64,000 nt of DNA from a virus, in IMG/VR virus record IMGVR_UViG_3300028536_000016, positions 6,696 through 70,695 of that record; one strand, 5' to 3'. A program made the position numbers and the translations under genes. Positions 38,157 to 46,100 of the stretch are shown one piece after another. The notes beneath the pieces were generated by a model. That model was given only the letters and a program-made list of their open reading frames with translations, did not search any database and had not been told where the DNA came from. How positions within the stretch are numbered: position 1 is the stretch's first letter; every line of letters begins with the position of its first letter.

Positions 38157-39263
38157 TCAAAGATGCGCGTTGGACCGAGCCTGCGCCTTCATGGCGAAAG
38201 CGGCGGCGTGGAGGTGAAGGATATTGAGACTGTTCGATTTTTTGGTGGTGACGATCTGGATGATTTCGGCATCCATGACGATGCCTTCCATTTGGGCGTC
38301 GGCGCTCTCGATGCCGGTCGGAGGACCGGCCTTGTCCCAAACACCTGCTGGACATATTGCGACGTGATCCAGCAGTGAGGGCTTCCCCTCTATCAACATC
38401 ACTTTGCCATCATCCAGCTTGATCCGTTCGTTCGCGGTCGGATCTGCGAAATTGACTGCAGGCGACGTAGACATGGGATTTTCCTGCATTTCCTTCGCCA
38501 CATCATCATCGCGGATTTTAGCGATGCCCCAAACCTCATCGGGCTTGTCAGCGCGGAAATAAGGCAAGAATATCGCCCCGACCTTACGATCATGAAATTC
38601 ATCGTGGTTGAGTAATGATTTCTCAGGATGCTCATAAATCACGTCAAGGCCATTGCAACGAGCAAGGAAATCATCGGTCATATAGATCGATGGATCGCGC
38701 CAGCAAAACTCCTTGCGGTTATGTCGGTATGCGATGCCGGTCCCCGTGATCCTGATCGCGAACAGCCAGACATTCTCGTACCGTTGCGGGCTCGCGAGCT
38801 GGCCGGCCGCCATTGCGCGCGCTACGCCCAGTTCATCCATGTCGAGGCGATCGAGAGCCACACGGACACCGGGATGCAGGGGTTCTGGAGCGCCGCCTAC
38901 GGGAGCCCAACTGTAGCCGTCATGTTCCGCCAGATCGAGTTTCGGCATGAACTGTTCGGGCAAGCGGCACAGGAAAGTCGAGAAGTCTACATCCTCGGGT
39001 TCTGCCGGCGCCTCACCCTCAATGGCCGGAACACCCATTTGCGCAGGAGCGATCGTGCGCGTCCACAGACGCAAATCCTTGGCCTCAACTTCAATGTCGG
39101 CCTCTTCCAATGTCTCGCGGATCGCGGCCTGTTCGGCGGTCTCGTCGCCCTCTAGCTTGCCGCCGGGCAGGCACCAAAAATCGGGATAATCTCCGCCATT
39201 GCCCCTCCGCAGAAACAACGCGGTATCGCCAACCAGGAATAAAATGCCGGCAGCGCGGATCAC
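38157..39263 (-). CDS. NUDIX hydrolase fused to DUF2213 head-maturation domain
   Basis: Nudix box GGKLEGDETAEQAAIRETLEEA; RITGTG, EGKPSLLDHVAIC..GVWDK; probable GTG start at 39263. Confidence 0.85.
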   Translation of the reverse strand: MIRAAGILFLVGDTALFLRRGNGGDYPDFWCLPGGKLEGDETAEQAAIRETLEEADIEVEAKDLRLWTRTIAPAQMGVPAIEGEAPAEPEDVDFSTFLCRLPEQFMPKLDLAEHDGYSWAPVGGAPEPLHPGVRVALDRLDMDELGVARAMAAGQLASPQRYENVWLFAIRITGTGIAYRHNRKEFCWRDPSIYMTDDFLARCNGLDVIYEHPEKSLLNHDEFHDRKVGAIFLPYFRADKPDEVWGIAKIRDDDVAKEMQENPMSTSPAVNFADPTANERIKLDDGKVMLIEGKPSLLDHVAICPAGVWDKAGPPTGIESADAQMEGIVMDAEIIQIVTTKKSNSLNILHLHAAAFAMKAQARSNAHL

Positions 39264-39286
39264 GACAAAGACTATCCCCCGAGGAT

Positions 39287-40419
39287 TTAGGCGGTTACTA
39301 TTACCTTTGAACCGCCAAGGGAGCAAGTGGCACTTAATGCATCCATTTCCATGAAGGATTTGGCTCCCCCAACGGGAGGCTGGCACTCCAGCCCGACACG
39401 GAGAATATTTCGAGCCGCATTGACGTCGCGATCGTGCGACGCCCCGCAGTCCGAACATTCCCAATGCCTCATTCCAAGCCCTGCGATACCTCTCGGCCTC
39501 GACGCTGGCAAAGAGCCGCACGCCGAACAGGTTTGGGAACTGTATCGCTCATCGGCCTCAATAAACACTGCTCCGTGCCTTCTGGCCTTGTACTGGAGCA
39601 TATGCCGGAACGCCGACCAGCTTGCATCCAGAACGGATTTGGCCATTCTGGTTTTTGCAAGTTGGGCGGCGTTCACATCGCCGATAACGATCAAACTATT
39701 TTCACGGGCAATCTTGGTGGATTGTTCGTGGAGGTGGTGCCGCCTGGAATTGGCGATCTTGGCATGGATGGCAATGACACGACGCCTATTGCGCGCTCGC
39801 TGGGCAATAGCGAGGATGGTTTCATACTGGCGGTAATGTTGAAGCGCTGGAATTTTACGGCCATCACTGAGCGTGGCGAGATCTTTAAGACCGAGGTCGA
39901 TCCCGACGGCGTCACTACCGAGCGGCAGATCATCCATAACCTCGCATTGGAAGGTGACATACCAATGCCCGCGCGCATTTTGTACGAATGCACCAGCCTT
40001 GAACTCACCCCCGATCTCGCGGGATTTCCAGAATTGGAAGCGGCGCTTGAGATAGATCGCTGCATCCCCATCGACCTTAACGGCGCGCGGGATGAACGGA
40101 ATCCATCCGAGCGAGCGCTTTGAACCGAAACTAGTCCGGAAATTAGGGCATTTTTGTTATTATCTCTGGAGGTAATAAAATTACGACAAATTGTCTGAGC
40201 AGTATCAGAATGTATTCCAAGTTCAGATGCTGAACCTGTAACCAATTTTATCAAATCAAAGGATGCAGGTCGATAAATTTTACATCCAGCACGCCATCTA
40301 CGTTCATATTCGCGTTGCGTGGAAACACAGAAGTTCCATACTTGATTACAAGCTATGGCATGACGATTAAGATATTTATCTCCTCTCTTGACCCTGTACT
40401 TGAATGTGAGGATGCTCAC
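39287..40419 (-). pseudogene. tnpB: TnpB RNA-guided nuclease gene split by a 1-nt frameshift at an A5 run (40155-40151); no TnpA
   Basis: TFKYR..NQVWN N-terminus; GIDLG, CSAC/CSDC, HDRDVNAARNI; span 1133 nt is one short of a whole number of codons. Confidence 0.88.
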
Positions 40420-40453
40420 TTTGGGTCCGTCCTGTTGTAATCAGGCTGATCAA

Positions 40454-40489
40454 GAGCGCACCACTGAATTGGCGTTCGGTGGTGCGTTC
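40454..40489. promoter_or_regulatory. Long hairpin upstream of tnpB (possible element left end or leader)
   Basis: GAGCGCACCACTGAA...TTCGGTGGTGCGTTC. Confidence 0.55.
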
Positions 40490-40535
40490 GCAATTTTTAT
40501 CATGCTAGAGATAGAAGCGCAATGCAGGAGATAGA

Positions 40536-40889
40536 TTGATGATCAAGACCAGAATCGTCGAAGTCGCGCAGGTCAACGGCCAGACGGTCGAGACCGAATT
40601 GGGCTATACGCTATTGGCCGAGGTGCCGATCGAGAAGAAGGCACCGCCCGTCCCGAAGGATGGCGAACTGCCGCCATCGCCCTTAGTCGTGCGCGTCAAT
40701 GGCGAGCCATTCTTCGTCATCGGCCACACCTGGGACATGACAGCGAGCCGGGAGATTTCCCGCGCCGAGGCGGCAACATTGGTCCTGATCGTCCAGAAGC
40801 TACCATCCGCACCCAGCATCGTGCGGGCACCATCCGGGACGCTCGACAAGCTCAAGCTGATCATCCCGGAGCCAGGCATCTCGAATTGA
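40536..40889 (+). CDS. Hypothetical protein
   Basis: RBS AGGAG; GC-rich third positions. Confidence 0.65.
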   Translation: MMIKTRIVEVAQVNGQTVETELGYTLLAEVPIEKKAPPVPKDGELPPSPLVVRVNGEPFFVIGHTWDMTASREISRAEAATLVLIVQKLPSAPSIVRAPSGTLDKLKLIIPEPGISN

Positions 40890-41053
40890 CCACCAGCCGC
40901 ATCTACCGCTCCCGCTGGCTTGTCGGGGCCTTCATCCTGACGCTGCCGATCTGGCTCATCCCGGCATTGCTGTGGATTGGCTGGCGGGAAGCAGGCCGCG
41001 ATCTGTTTCGGGAATTGCCGGCCGCGATCCGCTGGACGATACGCGGTAAATAA

Positions 41054-41097
41054 ACTGCACGTTGGGCGTTGACATGATGTCCGACGTGCAGTATCTC
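41054..41097 (+). promoter_or_regulatory. Sigma70 promoter inside a 14-bp inverted repeat (operator)
   Basis: TTGACA-17-TATCTC; ACTGCACGTTGGGC / GTCCGACGTGCAGT. Confidence 0.65.
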
Positions 41098-41310
41098 CAG
41101 TTTTAGAGCGGCGAATGGGCCGACAGTCTGGAGACGAGAGATGGTCAAAACCCGCGAGATATTCACCTTTCTCCGCCCGAACGGCGAGGAGGTCAAAGCC
41201 GAGATCGTGGTGGACATGCGCTCGCTGGCGTTTGGCCTTGCCAACAAGGCATTCCGGGCTGGCCGCGAGCGAGCAAAGATGGCCGAGGGCGCTGTCATAG
41301 TGACGCTGCT

Positions 41311-41565
41311 GTGATGACCGGCCCTGAGTTCAAATCCATCCGCCAATCCCTTGGCCTCTCAGTCAGCGGTCTGGCCATGGCGTTAGGCTGCGGCAAACGC
41401 ACCGTCATGCGGATCGAAGCGGATGGTCCGACGCGGATGGCCGAGCTGGCGATGCGGTATTTTTTGATAGCGCGCACATATCGAGAATATCATGCGGCTG
41501 AGGATATCGTGACGCAGATATATTTGGCCAACAAAATGGACGATTTGATGGAGGATACGCCGTGA
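41311..41565 (+). CDS. XRE-type HTH regulator
   Basis: MTGPEFKSIRQSLGLSVSGLAMALGCGKRTVMRIE. Confidence 0.8.
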   Translation: MMTGPEFKSIRQSLGLSVSGLAMALGCGKRTVMRIEADGPTRMAELAMRYFLIARTYREYHAAEDIVTQIYLANKMDDLMEDTP

Positions 41566-41879
41566 CTGGCATGGTGGAGAAAGTTGCGCGGACGATGTAT
41601 GAGAGTAATGCGCTCCGGGCCACCCAGCTCGCCGATCCCATATCTATCGAAATGCCAGACTGGCCTCATGCCTATAATGCGTTGAAAGAACACTGGCGCG
41701 GACATGCTCGTGTCGCGATCGAGACCATGCGCGAACCTACCGTTGAAATGCTTGACGCTGGCCTCTCTGGCTTCTGGGCATACGATAAACTTGAGGGGTC
41801 GCCATTTCCGCCCACATCACAGCGCCGCGTTGCAATGCGCCGCGCTCACATGTCCATGATTGATGAGGCATTGAAATGA
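41562..41879 (+). CDS. Hypothetical protein, paralog of 13345-13650
   Basis: VEKVART...AIETMREPTVEM...SMIDEAL. Confidence 0.7.
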   Translation: MTGMVEKVARTMYESNALRATQLADPISIEMPDWPHAYNALKEHWRGHARVAIETMREPTVEMLDAGLSGFWAYDKLEGSPFPPTSQRRVAMRRAHMSMIDEALK

Positions 41880-42076
41880 GCGAGGAAACAATGGCCTATC
41901 CAGAGATAGCAACTGGTTCTAATTTGGATCAAATCGGTCTGATTTTTGGCATTGAACCTAGATGCTATGGCGAAACAGATGATGAGTATCGGAAGAAGAT
42001 TTTAGATTTGATTAATGTCACCCCTGTATCAAGGGCAAATGCATTAAGACGCCTGTGGTTGTTCTTTAATATATAA
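41876..42076 (+). CDS. Stand-alone baseplate-wedge-like motif protein (66 aa)
   Basis: ATGSNLDQIG..FG..R..GETDDEYR..I. Confidence 0.6.
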   Translation: MSEETMAYPEIATGSNLDQIGLIFGIEPRCYGETDDEYRKKILDLINVTPVSRANALRRLWLFFNI

Positions 42077-42108
42077 TATCCTGTTTGTCGAACTTGGGAG
42101 TATGAATC

Positions 42109-42315
42109 ATGATAATCTTCGCCGCCTTCATGTGCATGGCCACGGGCTCAGGCACGCACTGTAACCAACTAGATCCCGGCCGCATGACTTTTGGCGGATA
42201 CGCGCCCGGCGCCGTCTATCGCAGTGCGGCCGAGTGCCGACGCTCGCTGCCCCGCCACATCCCGTCCGACATTCGGTTCATATGTCTGAGCCGGCATATC
42301 GATACTTGGAACTGA
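42109..42315 (+). CDS. Small Cys-containing, possibly exported protein
   Basis: Hydrophobic N-terminus; C..C..YRSAAEC..C. Confidence 0.6.
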   Translation: MIIFAAFMCMATGSGTHCNQLDPGRMTFGGYAPGAVYRSAAECRRSLPRHIPSDIRFICLSRHIDTWN

Positions 42316-42325
42316 GGAGGCCGCC

Positions 42326-42499
42326 ATGCAGAACTTCACCATCACGATGCAGAGCCAATTGCTGATTAAGGATGATGATCGCCCCCACCAGATCATCATC
42401 GAGACCGTTGCGGCCGAAACGCTCGCTGAGGCCATCGCGGCTAGCCAGAAACGCTGGGCGGCACCGGATTATGTGCTGGTTAGTGCGGTGGTGGCGTGA
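42326..42499 (+). CDS. Small protein (57 aa)
   Basis: RBS GAGGAGG; MQNFTITMQ... Confidence 0.55.
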   Translation: MQNFTITMQSQLLIKDDDRPHQIIIETVAAETLAEAIAASQKRWAAPDYVLVSAVVA

Positions 42500-42709
42500 T
42501 GTGGCGCCTAGAAGCATTCGTGATGGGCTGCGGTTATTACACCATCGCTCTCATCATCATTCAAGCCGTTCGATGGGTCTATCACAGATACGTGGGGCTA
42601 TGATGATCCATATTCTCATTATGCCCGGTGGTGCTACCCTGTTCGGATAAAGCATGTATCGCATGCTCGGCGGACGATAACCCATTCTATAGCCAAGAGG
42701 ATAAAAACG

Positions 42710-42886
42710 ATGAAAAGCAGTCGTGAACTACAGCTATTGATTGATCTGGCGCGCAGTGAAGGCCGCCGTGAAGTCGCATTTCCCGATGGCGAGTATCTGC
42801 TTGATGCGACCATCAGGCTGACCGGCATACGGGCGGTCTCTGGCCGGAATGTGCGGTTTGTGTTGCCATCTCAGGTGGCAGCGTGA
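42710..42886 (+). CDS. 58-aa protein resembling the N-terminal cap of beta-helix tailspikes
   Basis: RBS AAGAGG; LQLLIDLARSEGRREVAFPDGEYLLDATIRL. Confidence 0.55.
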   Translation: MKSSRELQLLIDLARSEGRREVAFPDGEYLLDATIRLTGIRAVSGRNVRFVLPSQVAA

Positions 42887-43080
42887 TGCATACCCTCATC
42901 CACAACGCGCGGCAGACCGGTCTATGGCTGTGTGCGCTCGCCCTGTTCATCGGATACTGCATCTTGTGTGCGATTGGCGTGATTGCGGTTGCGGCATCGG
43001 TTCTGATCCGCGTGGCTGTCTTTTGCGCTGTCTGGGTGGTTCGTTTGGTCGCCATGCACCGGGTCTTGCCGGCGAGTTGA
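42883..43080 (+). CDS. Small membrane protein
   Basis: Long hydrophobic stretch; coupled ORF. Confidence 0.55.
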   Translation: MMHTLIHNARQTGLWLCALALFIGYCILCAIGVIAVAASVLIRVAVFCAVWVVRLVAMHRVLPAS

Positions 43081-43087
43081 GACTGGG

Positions 43088-43128
43088 CTAAACAAATGGG
43101 GCCGCAGAGGTGATGTCTCCACGGCCCC
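43088..43128 (-). terminator. Intrinsic terminator-like hairpin
   Basis: GGGGCCGTGGAG/CTCTGCGGCCCC pairs fully (with G-U) only on the minus strand; followed by ATTTGTTT. Confidence 0.6.
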
Positions 43129-43134
43129 GGTATG

Positions 43135-43590
43135 TGTGCCAGGCCGTATTAGGCCTTCATTCCGGGAAACTCAAGCCCGGTTTTTGATTCCTATCTCAAC
43201 CGCGACATCACCGGAAAGAATGGATCGGCCGACGTGGGACGCCGAGTTAATTCCGGCAAATCGCGAGAGCCACAACGAGATGGGCATTCTCGTTAAAAGG
43301 CCGGAAAACGCTCGGCAACTTTGCCCCGTGATGAACGGGATCGGTTCCGGCTCCCGATGCCCCGATAGGCTAAGGATAACTGCGGCTCTACAAATGGCGT
43401 AAATCCAATAACGCGGCTCCCGGCAGACAGGGAGGGCCACCCATCCCGGCGAGATGTAATCGCACCGCAGCACAAAGAGCGTTCGGTAATCGGTAGGTGT
43501 GATCCCCTCTGGTCGATACGGGAACTAGCCCCGTAGCAGCGGCCACCTAGAGCGGAACCCGAGGAATGTTCTTTTGAGATGGAGACCTGA
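43135..43590. ncRNA. Candidate large structured non-coding RNA
   Basis: No credible ORF; more than 10 mutually nested stems including a long-range closing helix 43191-43199/43574-43582. Confidence 0.55.
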
Positions 43591-43592
43591 TC

Positions 43593-43859
43593 GTGACCAA
43601 GGAAGAAATCGAAGCCGGCAAAACTCCTGCTGGCGGATATACCCGCAAGCAGCTCGAAGCATGGGGCGTGGCATGGCCAGCTCAAAAGGGTTGGCGGAAA
43701 GCCCTGCTGCGTGGCGAGCCATCAGACTTGGAAAAAGCCGTCGTGGCGTTGCGAACGATTGAAGATGTCATCTTCGCGAAAGGTGCGCCGCTTGGATCGG
43801 CTGAATATTTCGCGATCAGGAAAGCATGCGCAGATATTCTGAACGTGGCCGGCCGCTAA
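43593..43859 (+). CDS. Small phage protein (GG.TRKQL..WGV.WP..KGW family)
   Basis: Recognisable motif; RBS GGAG. Confidence 0.7.
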   Translation: MTKEEIEAGKTPAGGYTRKQLEAWGVAWPAQKGWRKALLRGEPSDLEKAVVALRTIEDVIFAKGAPLGSAEYFAIRKACADILNVAGR

Positions 43860-44117
43860 TTAATCCACCTCATCCCAATTCCCCGTCGCAACCGCATCAG
43901 ACCGCGCATAGAAAGCATCAGCGGCACGAAATATCCGCTCTAGCGGATGCTCCATCTGGTTGATGGGGGACGGCCCTGTGGCGAAGAGTTCGGCATCGCC
44001 TCGGGCTTTGGCGTATGCGATGGCGGCCGCTTGCTTCGGATCTTTGCCGGCATTCACTTCGGTCGCGACGTTGCGTGAAAAGCCGGCCGATCCGACTGGG
44101 GCTTTCTCAAGTGGCAT
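43860..44117 (-). CDS. Small head-associated protein
   Basis: MPLEK...SRNVATEVNAGKDPKQAAAIAY motif typical of head modules. Confidence 0.7.
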   Translation of the reverse strand: MPLEKAPVGSAGFSRNVATEVNAGKDPKQAAAIAYAKARGDAELFATGPSPINQMEHPLERIFRAADAFYARSDAVATGNWDEVD

Positions 44118-44397
44118 CGACAGTCTCCCATTTTGGAAAGTGCAGGCTGGCATGCTCACTCAACCAGTCACCAGCATCGGCAAAACTTGGCGTGTCCATA
44201 TTATATTGGGATGCAGGCCAAAAACACGTTTCCGCCAAAATGCCATTTATTTCATCGCCAAGCCAAACGTGAAAACCACTGTCCCAGAAAGATGAGCATC
44301 CGCAGTTGATTTCTGCGAGATAAAGAGAGGTCATCACTTCATGGAGAGATCGGCCTGATTTGACATGGCCTTCAAGCGGCATGTTCGACCTCGCCAA
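44107..44397 (-). CDS. Hypothetical protein (start uncertain)
   Basis: LY..EIN...SSFWD.GF.V.LGD..NG motif. Confidence 0.65.
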   Translation of the reverse strand: MARSNMPLEGHVKSGRSLHEVMTSLYLAEINCGCSSFWDSGFHVWLGDEINGILAETCFWPASQYNMDTPSFADAGDWLSEHASLHFPKWETVDAT

Positions 44398-44620
44398 TCA
44401 GTTTGGAAGTGATTTTGATCAGCACGGCATTATCGCGCTCGGGAGATACTAGCCGCTCAAAATGATATGCAGCCGCCTCAAATTCGATGGCTATCAGTAC
44501 ACCATTATCGAAGATCGGGTTGCATATAAGCTGGCTGCGAAATCCACCCTCGCGCGTATCCGTAACACCAGGAGAGGCAGTGGGAATGGCGCCACGGATT
44601 TCGATCATGTGCTTAGGCAT
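44372..44620 (-). CDS. Hypothetical protein
   Basis: Coupled ORF. Confidence 0.55.
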   Translation of the reverse strand: MPKHMIEIRGAIPTASPGVTDTREGGFRSQLICNPIFDNGVLIAIEFEAAAYHFERLVSPERDNAVLIKITSKLIGEVEHAA

Positions 44621-45458
44621 TTGCCATCACCTTTCGCTTCGCCTCGGCCAGCGCCTCGCGGCCCTTCTCTGTCAGGCATTCGGGCGGGATCGATCTCAAG
44701 CTCATCTTCCAGACCCAATGGCATTTACAGAAGGGGAGAACGCTCGGCTGAACCACGTCTTCCGTATATCCCGCTGGACCCGGTTTCACCAGTCCGGCTT
44801 CATGAGCCCAGCTCGCCTTCAGAATGAAGAATTTACCATCGAGCGCGTTGTGATCAGGCCGCCCATTATAGCCAGCTTGGAATTTATGCGACTGCCAAGT
44901 TGCCCCGATCGCGCCGCCATTCGTGGCCACGGTAGTATTGATCGATTCGAATAATTTGGCCGATTGATCGATAATTACCCTCCGGGCCTCGAATGGTTGG
45001 GAGGCCAGTGCCTTCCGGATCTGCGTCTTCTCCGCCACCCGATCGACGGTTTCGCTGCCGCCCGCAGGGACCGATGTGGCCCATCCCTTGAACCGCTGTT
45101 CAGTCTTGCGGATCGATTCCTCGCGGTGGAGCGTGATCAAATCGATCGATGCAGCAATCCGCCGCCCCAACTCCGCATGAAGCTCCGGCCGCATCCGCTG
45201 CATCGTATAGGCGCTAACCCCCGGCACATGTCTGAGGACGCCGGCCTGATCCACCTGGCGGCGGAAGATGCTCGCCAGGGCATCGCGCACTGCGGCATCG
45301 ATCTCGGCTTGTGATCGCATCGAGCGCTCGGCGGCTCGGCGGAGTTGTTCGGACCAATAATCAACGCGGGCCTGATCATCATAGCCATGCGCGGCTATGT
45401 CATTCACCGCCGCAGTGACGGTTTCATAATAGGTCAGCGAGCCATCAGGGTTGGGCAT
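44613..45458 (-). CDS. Minor head morphogenesis protein (MuF-like)
   Basis: RVIIDQ, YNGRPDH..DGK, PFCKC. Confidence 0.82.
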   Translation of the reverse strand: MPNPDGSLTYYETVTAAVNDIAAHGYDDQARVDYWSEQLRRAAERSMRSQAEIDAAVRDALASIFRRQVDQAGVLRHVPGVSAYTMQRMRPELHAELGRRIAASIDLITLHREESIRKTEQRFKGWATSVPAGGSETVDRVAEKTQIRKALASQPFEARRVIIDQSAKLFESINTTVATNGGAIGATWQSHKFQAGYNGRPDHNALDGKFFILKASWAHEAGLVKPGPAGYTEDVVQPSVLPFCKCHWVWKMSLRSIPPECLTEKGREALAEAKRKVMANA

Positions 45459-45464
45459 AATGTC

Positions 45465-45854
45465 TCATTCGCTAGATTCTATCATTATTCCAGCAATGTC
45501 CCGAGCCCGCAAAACAGTTCCCATTTCACGCTCAATCTTTCGGGCGAATGCAGCAGGGGAGCGAACCAATCCATGTCTTTCGGCAATTTCACTTTCCAGA
45601 TCATCAGCCAATTCTGCAACGAGGGACTTGAGAGTTCCGACCTCATTAACAGCAAGTTGCCGTTCCGATTCCGCCTTTTGGTAGTCAAGGTAAATTTCTT
45701 CGAGTTTGCGAGGATAGTTATATCTCTCTTCAATTACCTCGCGAAGAGCATCGATAACATCATGTGCGGCCGCATCTGGCGAGACTGATATCCGCTCGAT
45801 CAAGTCTTCGATATTCTTCGCTTTCGATATGGTGTCCGCCATAGGATGGGTCAT
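45465..45854 (-). CDS. Hypothetical helical protein
   Basis: RBS AAGGAG; ELADDLESEI motif. Confidence 0.65.
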   Translation of the reverse strand: MTHPMADTISKAKNIEDLIERISVSPDAAAHDVIDALREVIEERYNYPRKLEEIYLDYQKAESERQLAVNEVGTLKSLVAELADDLESEIAERHGLVRSPAAFARKIEREMGTVLRARDIAGIMIESSE

Positions 45855-46100
45855 AGCACTTCTCCTTCAAAATCAGCCACCGGCCCGCTCCAACGCCTGT
45901 TGCGTCCGGCAGGCGCTCACGAACGCATCCATGCCGGCCTCCAAGCTCGTCACCACGGCCAGATACTGATGCGCCACATGCTCCCACTCATAGGCCTGCG
46001 CGGCGACCAAGAACCCCCGATAGGTCGAGCAATGGAGGCTGAGCGCGTTCTGCATCCGCGAGAGATCAGACTGCATACCGAGAAAGGAGGGTTCCGCCAC

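Noticed and set aside
37233-38378. Long + strand ORFs antisense to structural genes (e.g. 381 aa here, 262 aa at 32801, 259 aa at 20072)
   Set aside because: Shadow ORFs from GC-rich codon bias opposite well-supported genes
39264-39521. 86-codon N-terminal extension of the NUDIX ORF overlapping tnpB
   Set aside because: Alternative frame of tnpB; the Nudix fold starts at VIRAAGILF with an RBS before GTG 39263
43098-43330. tmRNA-like hints (GGGGCCG; minus-strand AAAGTT GCC...AERFPAF stop)
   Set aside because: No T-arm, acceptor stem or CCA end; the tag is not ANDN-like
43370-43560. Group I intron / IStron linked to tnpB
   Set aside because: Only P/Q-like words are present; no R/S (P7) elements or interrupted gene, and tnpB is 2.7 kb away
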